Below, piece by piece: positions 47,583 through 56,167 of a stretch of DNA of 64,000 bases. The stretch's first letter is position 1. Each line of letters begins with the position of its first letter. Source of the DNA: Bacilli bacterium (lineage in GTDB: Bacteria > Bacillota_I > Bacilli_A > RF39 > UBA660); contig JAFWJA010000021.1 in assembly GCA_017511805.1 (NCBI GenBank), forward strand, positions 149,360-213,359, in the 5' to 3' direction. The notes under the pieces are model-generated. The model did not search any database, was not told the DNA's origin, and saw only the letters and a program-made list of their open reading frames with translations. The translations under genes and the position numbers were made by a program.

Positions 47583-48170
47583 ATGGAAATAATAAATGTA
47601 ATTGAAAAAGAAGTAAAAGATGCAATACAAGAGTATAAAAATAATGCCTCTGATCATTATGATTTTTGGGAAGAACATATTAAATATGTTTATGAGGAAG
47701 CATCATTATTAGCAGATGAATATGGTGCTGATATAGAAATAGTAGCTTTAGGAGCATTACTTCATGATATAGCCTTGATAAAAAAAGTAGGTACAAGAGC
47801 AGATCATCATATAAATGGAGAAATACTTGCTAGAGATATGTTAAATAAACATAATTATCCACAGGATAAACAAGAAAGAGTATTAAAATGCGTATTAAAT
47901 CATAGGAGTAGTAAGAATGCTACATCCAATGAAGAGTTATGTGTATGTGATGCAGATATAGTCGCACATTTTGATAATATTCCGATGCTAATTAATTCAG
48001 CTAAAAGAAATAATGTTCAAGAAGATAAAATAATTGATTATCTTAAAGAAGTATTTGAAAAAGATTATAACGACTTAAGCGATAGAACAAAAGAATCATT
48101 TAAAGAAAGATATGAAAAGATTTATAACGAGATAATAGAAAATAAAAAAAATAACTTGACTTTTAAATAA
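47583..48170 (+). CDS. HD-domain phosphohydrolase
   Basis: EEHIKYV, GALLHDIA, DHHING, LNH, CDADIVAH. Confidence 0.88.
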   Translation: MEIINVIEKEVKDAIQEYKNNASDHYDFWEEHIKYVYEEASLLADEYGADIEIVALGALLHDIALIKKVGTRADHHINGEILARDMLNKHNYPQDKQERVLKCVLNHRSSKNATSNEELCVCDADIVAHFDNIPMLINSAKRNNVQEDKIIDYLKEVFEKDYNDLSDRTKESFKERYEKIYNEIIENKKNNLTFK

Positions 48171-48300
48171 ACTAGTAATAAAATCTTATTAAATATTTTG
48201 AAGGGGATGATTGTATGATAAAAAGAATTATTTGTAAATCCTTTTTATCATGCGTCATAAATTACAGTATTAAGCTTGCGGCTTAATACTGTTTTGTTTT
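48156..48300 (+). promoter_or_regulatory. Promoter, leader ORF (48215-48286) and terminator upstream of the RelA/SpoT homolog
   Basis: TTGACT-N17-TAAAAT; AAGGGG RBS; ATGATAAAAAG/CTTTTTATCAT stem; ACAGTATTAAGC/GCTTAATACTGT hairpin with T tract. Confidence 0.65.
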
Positions 48301-48315
48301 AAAGAAGGTGTTAGT

Positions 48316-49758
48316 ATGATTTCTAGTATTGAAGAATTATTAAAGAAAGTAAAAGAGTATAATCCAGATGCAGTAGATACTGTTAAAAAGGCATATGATG
48401 TAGCTGATTCATTCCATGCAGGTCAAATGAGACAAAGTGGTGATCCATATATTACTCATCCACTTAATGTAGCTTATACACTTGCAGAATTACATGCTGA
48501 TCAAGATACATTATGTGCTGGTTTACTTCATGATACTTTAGAGGATACAAAATATACAAAAGAAGGTATTGAAGCAGACTTTAATAAAGATGTAGCTAAG
48601 CTTGTGGATGGAGTTACTAAGATTAGTAAACTTAATTTTACTAAAGAAGAACAAAATAGTTTTAATACTAGAAAAATTATTCTTAGTGTTGAGAATGATG
48701 TACGTATAATCATAATTAAATTAGCAGATAGACTTCATAATATGAGAACACTTGGTTCTAAACCTAGTAAGTTTAAACAAAAAGAAAATGCAATGGAAAC
48801 ACTAGATATATTTGTTCCATTTGCATATTACTTAGGTTCTTATAAGATAAAGAATGAATTAGAAGATATATCTTTACAATATATTAACCCTGATAAATAT
48901 AAAGAAATAGAAGAACTAAGAATGAAAATACAAAATGATCCTAATACTAAAGAATGTTTAAGAGATATGACTGATACTATTGGAGGTTTATTAGATTTCC
49001 AAGGATATAATCATAGAATAGAACCTATGACAAAGAATATATATGGTATATATAGAAGATTAGAAGAAGGTCATAAAATATCTGATATACATGATTTAAT
49101 AGCGTTAAAAGTAATATTAGAACATATTAGTCAATGTTATTTAACATTAGGATTAATTCATTCACAATATAAACAATTAAATGATAAATTTAAAGATTAT
49201 ATATATAATCCTAAAACAAATATGTATAGATCAATTCATACTACAGTGCGTGGTAAACATGGTAAATTAGTACAAGCTCAAATAAGAACATTTGGTATGG
49301 AAGAAGTAGATACATATGGTCTTCCAGCATATTGGGAAACAACTAAAGGAAAAGCAAGAGAATTAATGCAAGAAGAAATATCTGAAAAATTCCAATTTAT
49401 TAAATCACTTAGACAAATAGATAAGATGTTTAGTGATAATGAAGAATTTGTTAGACATGTTAAAGAAGAATTATTTAATAAAATGATATATGCATTTACT
49501 CCTAAAGGAGATGCAATAGAATTACCAAAAGGTTCTACTCCAATAGACTTTGCTTATGCAGTACATACTGATATAGGTAATAATATGGTAGGAGCAGAAG
49601 TTAATGAAGAAGAAGTTCCAATTAATTATACTTTACAAAATAATGATAGAGTACATATTCTAACTGGAGATTTATCAGATGAAAAAAGAGCGGAACTTAT
49701 GAAATATGCTCATACTACTAGAGCTAAAAGAAAGATGAAAAGTCTAATAAAAGAGTAA
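48316..49758 (+). CDS. RelA/SpoT homolog, HD + degenerate synthetase + TGS, C-terminally short
   Basis: HAGQMRQSGDPYITHP, LLHDTLEDT, KLADRLHNMRTL, PKTNMYRSIHTT, FTPKGD...TPIDFAYAVHTDIG. Confidence 0.9.
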   Translation: MISSIEELLKKVKEYNPDAVDTVKKAYDVADSFHAGQMRQSGDPYITHPLNVAYTLAELHADQDTLCAGLLHDTLEDTKYTKEGIEADFNKDVAKLVDGVTKISKLNFTKEEQNSFNTRKIILSVENDVRIIIIKLADRLHNMRTLGSKPSKFKQKENAMETLDIFVPFAYYLGSYKIKNELEDISLQYINPDKYKEIEELRMKIQNDPNTKECLRDMTDTIGGLLDFQGYNHRIEPMTKNIYGIYRRLEEGHKISDIHDLIALKVILEHISQCYLTLGLIHSQYKQLNDKFKDYIYNPKTNMYRSIHTTVRGKHGKLVQAQIRTFGMEEVDTYGLPAYWETTKGKARELMQEEISEKFQFIKSLRQIDKMFSDNEEFVRHVKEELFNKMIYAFTPKGDAIELPKGSTPIDFAYAVHTDIGNNMVGAEVNEEEVPINYTLQNNDRVHILTGDLSDEKRAELMKYAHTTRAKRKMKSLIKE

Positions 49759-49761
49759 TTG

Positions 49762-49790
49762 TTGACAACTACTATTAATTGCAATATAAT
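49762..49790 (+). promoter_or_regulatory. sigmaA promoter of metG
   Basis: Perfect TTGACA-N17-TATAAT. Confidence 0.85.
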
Positions 49791-49809
49791 GGTGGTATCT
49801 TTAAATCCT

Positions 49810-50050
49810 TTGATGGGAAGAGTAAAAAGATGGATTTTATAGAGAGTCTAGGGTTGGTGAAACTAGATAAAGTAAGTCTTTTGAACATGGTCCCTTAGTA
49901 GGAGATTAATTGATATGTAGGTTAATTCAGGTGTGCCTGTTATAGCACTAAACCATAATGGTTATTAAGGTTAATATAGTAATATATTAATGAAAAAGAG
50001 TGGTAACACGTATATACGTCTCTTAGAAGTTTTCTTCTAAGAGTTTTTTA
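49810..50050 (+). ncRNA. T-box leader, Met specifier (ATG)
   Basis: AGAGA..GGTGAAA, GAAC-ATG-GTCCC at 49887, GAGTGGTAACACG at 49998, terminator ctcttagaag..cttctaagagtttttt. Confidence 0.92.
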
Positions 50051-50066
50051 TTTAAGGAGGGATATT

Positions 50067-51698
50067 ATGAACGTAGTTATAGGAATAAGTTGGCCATTTG
50101 CAAATGGTGATCTTCATATTGGACATGCTGCATCTAGTTTACCAGGAGATGTAATAGCAAGATATCATAGATTAAAAGGAAATAATGTATTAATGGTATC
50201 AGGTACTGATTCACATGGTACTCCAATTGAAGTTAAAGCATTAAAAGAAAATAGAAACCCAAAAGATATAGTTTCTGAATGTCATGAAGCATTTACTAAG
50301 GACTGGAAAGATCTTGGTATGAGTTATGATTTATTTAATAGAACAGATGATGATTATCATAAAGAATTTGTTCAAGAACAGTTTAAAAAATATGATAAAA
50401 ATGGTCTATTATATGAGAGAGAAGAAGAACAATTATATTGTGAAAACTGTAATATGTTTCTTGCAGATCGTTATATAATTGGTATTTGTCCAAAATGTGG
50501 AGCTGAGATCAAGGGTGATGAATGTGAAAAATGTGGTAGTTTATTAACTATTGATGAAGTTAAAGATACTAAGTGCGCAATATGTGGTAAAGCTACTACT
50601 AAGAAAGCAAATAAGAATTTATATTTTAGATTATCTAAATTTGAAGATGATATAAGAAAAATGTGTGATGAACATAAATCATTATGGAGAGATAACGCAG
50701 TTAAATTTACTGAAAGATATTTAAATGAAGGTATACCGGATAGATGTGTATCAAGAGTTCAAAAGTATGGAGTAGATATACCTGTTAAAGGATATGAAGA
50801 TAAAAAGTTATATGGATGGTTTGAAAATGTATGGGGTTATGTAACTGCTGCTAAAAAAATAGCAGAAGAAAAAGGGTTAGATTGGAATGATTTTTGGAAA
50901 GCTGATAGAGATAATAAGATCTATTTAGTACACGCTAAAGATAATATTCCGTTCCATACAGTTATATTCCCAATATTATTAATGGGTACTAAGGATAATT
51001 ATAAAATGCCAGATAAAATAGTATCAGATGAATATGTTAATATTGAAGGAGAAAAATTATCTAAGAGTAAAGGTAATTATATTCCAATAAGACATTTATT
51101 AGATAGATATTCAGTAGATACTACTAGATATTTCTTAACTAGTAATGATCCTGAAAATAAAGACTTTAATTTTACTTGGGAAGGATTTATAAATTCTCAT
51201 AATGGTGAATTACTTGGTAAATGGGGTAACTTTGTAAATAGAACTCTTCAATTTATCAACAAGTCTTTTGATGGAAAACTTACTAATACTGAAATTGATT
51301 CTGAAATAGAATCTAAACTAACTAAATTATATGATACAGTTGGTAATAATATTGATAATGGTGATATAAAATTAGGTATTGAAAATATATTTGAATTTAT
51401 TGCATTCTCAAATAAATATTTTGATGAAAATGAACCATGGAATTTAGCAAAAACAGATAAAGATGCTTGTGAAAAAGTACTATATAACTGTTGTAATATA
51501 ATATTTAACATAAACAATTTATTAAAGCCATATTTAATAGAATCCACAGTAAAAGTAGAAAAATATTTAAATAGTAATATTAATGAATGGAAATATGTTA
51601 AATTAGATAAAGTAGATTTATCTAAAGAAATAGATGCATTATTTGTTAGATATGATAAATCATTAATTGATGAAGAAAAAAGTTTATTAGGAAAATAA
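50067..51698 (+). CDS. metG: Methionine--tRNA ligase (short, two-knuckle MetRS2-like type)
   Basis: WPFANGDLHIGH, SGTDSHGTPI, four CxxC pairs, KDNIPFH, KLSKS; Met T-box. Confidence 0.95.
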   Translation: MNVVIGISWPFANGDLHIGHAASSLPGDVIARYHRLKGNNVLMVSGTDSHGTPIEVKALKENRNPKDIVSECHEAFTKDWKDLGMSYDLFNRTDDDYHKEFVQEQFKKYDKNGLLYEREEEQLYCENCNMFLADRYIIGICPKCGAEIKGDECEKCGSLLTIDEVKDTKCAICGKATTKKANKNLYFRLSKFEDDIRKMCDEHKSLWRDNAVKFTERYLNEGIPDRCVSRVQKYGVDIPVKGYEDKKLYGWFENVWGYVTAAKKIAEEKGLDWNDFWKADRDNKIYLVHAKDNIPFHTVIFPILLMGTKDNYKMPDKIVSDEYVNIEGEKLSKSKGNYIPIRHLLDRYSVDTTRYFLTSNDPENKDFNFTWEGFINSHNGELLGKWGNFVNRTLQFINKSFDGKLTNTEIDSEIESKLTKLYDTVGNNIDNGDIKLGIENIFEFIAFSNKYFDENEPWNLAKTDKDACEKVLYNCCNIIFNINNLLKPYLIESTVKVEKYLNSNINEWKYVKLDKVDLSKEIDALFVRYDKSLIDEEKSLLGK

Positions 51699-51699
51699 T

Positions 51700-51728
51700 T
51701 TGACATATAAATATTATTGTGCTAATAT
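51700..51728 (+). promoter_or_regulatory. sigmaA promoter of proS
   Basis: TTGACA-N17-TAATAT. Confidence 0.7.
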
Positions 51729-51744
51729 TTAGTCATAAATCGTT

Positions 51745-51932
51745 GATGAGGACATGATTTATATATTAATTATGTAGAGAGTTAGTGTTTGGTGAAAACT
51801 AATTAATTGTATATAAATTCCTACCTTTAAGTGAAATGTAAACATTTTCGGTTTAAAAGCCGTTATCTAATTAAGTTAAATTAAGGATGGTACCGTCATA
51901 AGACTCCTTGTCTTGGGTATCATCTTTTTTTA
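51745..51932 (+). ncRNA. T-box leader, Pro specifier (CCT)
   Basis: AGAGA..TGGTGAAA, CCT at about 51820, AAGGATGGTACCGTC at about 51883, T tract at about 51925. Confidence 0.82.
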
Positions 51933-51953
51933 CTAGAAAAGGAGGTAATAGAT

Positions 51954-53375
51954 ATGGCAAATAATAAGATTACAAAAAGAAGTGAAGACTTCGCAAAATG
52001 GTATACTGATGTAGTTATGGCTGCACATTTAGCTAGTTATACTAATGTTAAAGGATGTATTGCGATAGAACCGAATGGTTATGCTATATGGGAACAAATG
52101 CAAAGTGTATTAGATAAAGAATTTAAGAAGTTAGGACATGTTAATGTACAAATGCCTTTATTAATTTCTGAATCTATGTTAAATAAAGAAAAGGATTTAG
52201 TAGAAGGATTTGCACCAGAGGTAGCGTGGGTTACAATTGGAGGACAAAAAGAATTAGAAGAAAGATTTTGTATTAGACCTACATCTGAAACATTATTTTG
52301 TGATTATTATAAAGATCATGTTAGTTCATATAAAGATTTACCAAAACTATATAATCAATGGTGTAATGTACTTAGATGGGAAAAAGAAACTAGACCATTT
52401 TTAAGAAGTAGAGAATTCTTATGGCAAGAAGGGCATACTATTCATGCGACTAAGGAAGATGCAGAAAATGAAACTAGAAGAATGTTAGAGGTTTACTATA
52501 ACTTTTTCCATGATTATTTAGCTATACCTTCGATTAAGGGTAGAAAAACAGAAAAAGAAAAGTTTGCAGGAGCAGAATATACTTTAACAAATGAAGCATT
52601 AATGTATAATGGTTATACATTACAATCTGCTACTTCTCATTATTTTGGACAAGTATTTTCAAAAGCATATGATGTTAAATTTACTAATAAGAATAATGAA
52701 TTAGAATATGTATATCAAACTAGTTGGGGAACTGCTACTAGAAATATTGGAGCATTAATAATGGTTCATGGTGATGATAATGGACTTGTTTTACCACCAA
52801 AGATTGCTCCTAAAAAAGTAGTTATTATACCTATTGGGGATGATGATAAAGTAACTAGTTTATCTAATAAGTTTAATGAAGAATTAAATGCTAAAGATAT
52901 TACTACATATATAGATAATTCTGATAAATCACCTGGATTTAAGTTTGCGGAAGCAGAAGTAAATGGAATACCAGTTAGAATAGAAGTAGGTAAAAGAGAT
53001 TTAGAGAATAATACTATTACTATAGCAAGAAGAGATACTGGTGAAAAATATACAGAATCTGCTGATATTGATATAGTAGAATATATTTCTAAATTACTTG
53101 ATACTATTCAAAATGATATGCTTAAAAGAGCTACTAAAAGAAGAGATGAACTTACTTTTGAAGCACATAACATGGATGATATAAAAAAGATATTAGAAAC
53201 TCAACCAGGATATATACATGCTGATTTCTGTGGAGATACAGCTTGTGAAGAAAAAATAAAAGAAATAAAAGGATGTAAATCTAGATGTATTGTAGATGAA
53301 GATTTAGTGGATGGTAAATGTGTATGCTGTGGTAAAGACGCTAAGTATCATGTTATATGGGGTATTCAGTACTAG
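51954..53375 (+). CDS. proS: Proline--tRNA ligase (archaeal/eukaryote-like type without editing insertion)
   Basis: DFAKWYTDVV, GFAPEVAWVT, RPTSET, RPFLRSREFLWQEGHT, EKFAGA, QTSWG, C-terminal Y. Confidence 0.96.
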   Translation: MANNKITKRSEDFAKWYTDVVMAAHLASYTNVKGCIAIEPNGYAIWEQMQSVLDKEFKKLGHVNVQMPLLISESMLNKEKDLVEGFAPEVAWVTIGGQKELEERFCIRPTSETLFCDYYKDHVSSYKDLPKLYNQWCNVLRWEKETRPFLRSREFLWQEGHTIHATKEDAENETRRMLEVYYNFFHDYLAIPSIKGRKTEKEKFAGAEYTLTNEALMYNGYTLQSATSHYFGQVFSKAYDVKFTNKNNELEYVYQTSWGTATRNIGALIMVHGDDNGLVLPPKIAPKKVVIIPIGDDDKVTSLSNKFNEELNAKDITTYIDNSDKSPGFKFAEAEVNGIPVRIEVGKRDLENNTITIARRDTGEKYTESADIDIVEYISKLLDTIQNDMLKRATKRRDELTFEAHNMDDIKKILETQPGYIHADFCGDTACEEKIKEIKGCKSRCIVDEDLVDGKCVCCGKDAKYHVIWGIQY

Positions 53376-53384
53376 GAGGATGTC

Positions 53385-53624
53385 ATGAATAATATTTTTA
53401 AAGAAAAGTTTCCTAAGTTATATGATGATAATGGAGAAAGATATAGACTAGAACCAGTTTATGATGGTGGAGATTGTGGATCAATTTATAAAGTCAATGG
53501 TGTTAATATCAATAAAAAGATATTTAAAATGCAAATAGAAAACATTAAAAGTAAAAAATTAACTGAAGAAGAGCTAGATTGTGTTCAAATAAGAAAAGAA
53601 AAAGCGTTAAAAAAGGTTTTATAA
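53385..53624 (+). CDS. Small hypothetical protein
   Basis: AGGAGGA RBS; stop overlaps the next start (TAATG). Confidence 0.6.
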   Translation: MNNIFKEKFPKLYDDNGERYRLEPVYDGGDCGSIYKVNGVNINKKIFKMQIENIKSKKLTEEELDCVQIRKEKALKKVL

Positions 53625-53965
53625 TGGAAATATTAGATAGATTATCTAAATCTAAGTTTAGAAGTAGTTTTCATCTTAATAAAAAGATGAAAGAATATGT
53701 TTTAGATAAAGGTCTAGATAAGATTGAAGAACATGCATATGATTTTATTAATACTAGATTAAAACCTGAAATAATACCTAATGATGGTAAACAGACTCCT
53801 ATGAAAGGTCATCCTGTTTTTATAGGACAGCACGCTACTGCTACTTGTTGCAGAGGTTGTCTATATAAATGGCATAAGATACCTAAGGGAGTAGAGTTAA
53901 CAAATGATCAAGTGGATTATATTGTTAAAGTAATAATTGAATGGATAAAAAGAGAAATGAAGTGA
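53624..53965 (+). CDS. DUF4186 family protein
   Basis: RLSKSKFRSSFHL, PNDGKQTPMKGHPVFIGQHATATCCRGCL. Confidence 0.88.
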   Translation: MEILDRLSKSKFRSSFHLNKKMKEYVLDKGLDKIEEHAYDFINTRLKPEIIPNDGKQTPMKGHPVFIGQHATATCCRGCLYKWHKIPKGVELTNDQVDYIVKVIIEWIKREMK

Positions 53966-53969
53966 TTAA

Positions 53970-54332
53970 ATGGAACAATTAAAAAAAGATATTAAGAATA
54001 ATTATTTATTAATAATAGCAGTTATTCTATACTTAGTTATTACTAATTTAATCTTTGGATATTGTTGTCCATTTAGAATATTCTTTCATGTAGAATGTCC
54101 TGGTTGTGGATTAACTAGAGCATTTATGTCTTTAATTACTGGTGATATATCTAGTTCACTTCATTATAACTATACCTGTATTTTATGGGTAATAACAATT
54201 ATTCTATTTGTTATAGATAGATATATTAAAAAAATTAAAATAAAACTATTTCCTACTTTATGGGCAGTAGTTGCAATAATAACTATAATAAGATATTTAT
54301 TAATAGTAATATTTAAAATGCCTATTTTTTAA
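53970..54332 (+). CDS. DUF2752 family membrane protein
   Basis: CPFRIFFHVECPGCGLTRAF...HYN. Confidence 0.85.
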   Translation: MEQLKKDIKNNYLLIIAVILYLVITNLIFGYCCPFRIFFHVECPGCGLTRAFMSLITGDISSSLHYNYTCILWVITIILFVIDRYIKKIKIKLFPTLWAVVAIITIIRYLLIVIFKMPIF

Positions 54333-54403
54333 TAGGTTTTTTTCTTGAATTAGTACTAAAATAATAGTAAAATATATATGCATGTTAGAAGAAAGGATTA
54401 CTT

Positions 54404-56167
54404 ATGATTAGAATATTAAAGAACTTAAGAGCAAAAGACTGGGGTCTAGTATTTATAATTATTTTATTAGTATTTGCCCAAGTATGGTTAGATTTAAAGA
54501 TGCCAGAATATGTATCTGAAATAACTAAGTTAGTACAAACTGAGGGTAGTAAAATGTCAGATATCATGTCTAATGGTGGAATGATGCTTCTATGTACATT
54601 TGCATCATTATTAGGAGCAGTTGCTACTGGATACTCGGCATCATTATTATCTGCTAATTTATCTATGAATATTAGATCTAGATTATTTAATAAAGTAGAA
54701 AATTTATCTATGGCAGAAATAAAGAAGTTTTCTACAAGTAGTTTAATTACTAGAACTACAAATGATATTACTCAAATTCAAATGTTTGCTGCTATGGGAT
54801 TTCAAATGCTTATTAAAGCACCTTTAACAGCTATATTAGCAATAATGAAAATAACAGATAAAAGCTGGCAATGGAGTGCTTTAACAGGAGTATGTGTAGT
54901 TATACTTTTATCAGTTATAGCAGTATTAATATTAATAGTATTACCTAGATTTAAAAAGGTACAAAAACTTACTGATAAATTAAATGGAGTAACAAGAGAA
55001 AACTTAACTGGTATTAGAGTTATAAGAGCATTTAATGCAGAAAGTTTTCAACAAGAAAAGTTTGATAATGTTAATGATGAGTTAACTGGTCAACAATTAT
55101 TTAACCAAAAAACATTTGCTATTATGCAACCAGTTATGTATTTAATAATGTATGGTTTATCACTAGGTATATATTTTATAGGTGCTAATTTAATAGATGG
55201 AGCAGTAGCTGCTGAAAGAATGTCTTTATTTGGAGATATGATTGTATTTAGTAGTTATGCTATGCAAATAATTGGAGCATTCTTAATGCTTGCACTTATA
55301 TTTATGATATTACCTAGAGCGTCAGTTTCAGCTAACCGTATAAATGAAGTTATTTATACTGAGAACTCTATTAAGAATGGTAAAGTTAAAAAAGGTATTG
55401 ATGGAGAAGAAGGAACTGTTGAATTTAAAGATGTATTCTTTAGATATCCTGATGGAGATGAAGATCTACTTCGTAATATTAATTTTAAGATTAATAAAGG
55501 AGAAACATTTGCGATAGTGGGATCTACTGGATCAGGTAAATCAAGTGTTATTAATCTTATTCCAAGATTATATGATGCTACTGGTGGAGAAGTACTAGTG
55601 GATGGAGTTAATGTTAAGGAATATGATGAAGAATATTTAAATAGTAAGATAGGTTTTGTTACTCAAAAAGCAATACTATTTAATGGTACAGTTAATAGTA
55701 ATGTCAGTTATGGTAAAAGTACTAATGGTAAAGTAACAAAAGAAAAAGTAAAGGAAGCTATAAAAGTAGCTCAAGCTAAAGACTTTGTTGAAAAAATGGA
55801 AAAAGGATATGATGGTTTTATAGCTAGTTCTGGAACTAATATATCTGGTGGTCAAAAACAAAGAATATCTATAGCAAGAGCAATAGCTAGAGATCCAGAA
55901 ATATTTGTATTTGATGATTCTTTTTCTGCACTAGATTATAAAACAGATAGTTTATTAAGAAAAGAGTTAAAGAAATATACAAAGAACGCTACTACTATAA
56001 TAGTTGCACAAAGAATAGGTACTATTATGCATGCAGATAAAATAATGGTATTAGATGAAGGTAAAATAGTAGGATTAGGTACTCATAAAGAATTATTGAA
56101 ATCATGTGAAGTATATAAACAAATAGCGTTATCTCAATTGTCAAAGGAGGAATTAGAAAATGAATAA
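54404..56167 (+). CDS. ABC exporter subunit A (TM + ATPase, multidrug-type heterodimer)
   Basis: SSLITRTTND, GSTGSGKS, ISGGQKQR, degenerate Walker B FDDSFSALD. Confidence 0.93.
   Translation: MIRILKNLRAKDWGLVFIIILLVFAQVWLDLKMPEYVSEITKLVQTEGSKMSDIMSNGGMMLLCTFASLLGAVATGYSASLLSANLSMNIRSRLFNKVENLSMAEIKKFSTSSLITRTTNDITQIQMFAAMGFQMLIKAPLTAILAIMKITDKSWQWSALTGVCVVILLSVIAVLILIVLPRFKKVQKLTDKLNGVTRENLTGIRVIRAFNAESFQQEKFDNVNDELTGQQLFNQKTFAIMQPVMYLIMYGLSLGIYFIGANLIDGAVAAERMSLFGDMIVFSSYAMQIIGAFLMLALIFMILPRASVSANRINEVIYTENSIKNGKVKKGIDGEEGTVEFKDVFFRYPDGDEDLLRNINFKINKGETFAIVGSTGSGKSSVINLIPRLYDATGGEVLVDGVNVKEYDEEYLNSKIGFVTQKAILFNGTVNSNVSYGKSTNGKVTKEKVKEAIKVAQAKDFVEKMEKGYDGFIASSGTNISGGQKQRISIARAIARDPEIFVFDDSFSALDYKTDSLLRKELKKYTKNATTIIVAQRIGTIMHADKIMVLDEGKIVGLGTHKELLKSCEVYKQIALSQLSKEELENE

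Noticed and set aside
25559-49870. Near-identical TAGAGAGTCTAGG..GGTGAAACTAGATA at about 25560 and 49840 as a dispersed repeat
   Set aside because: It is the conserved stem I apex of two T-box leaders.
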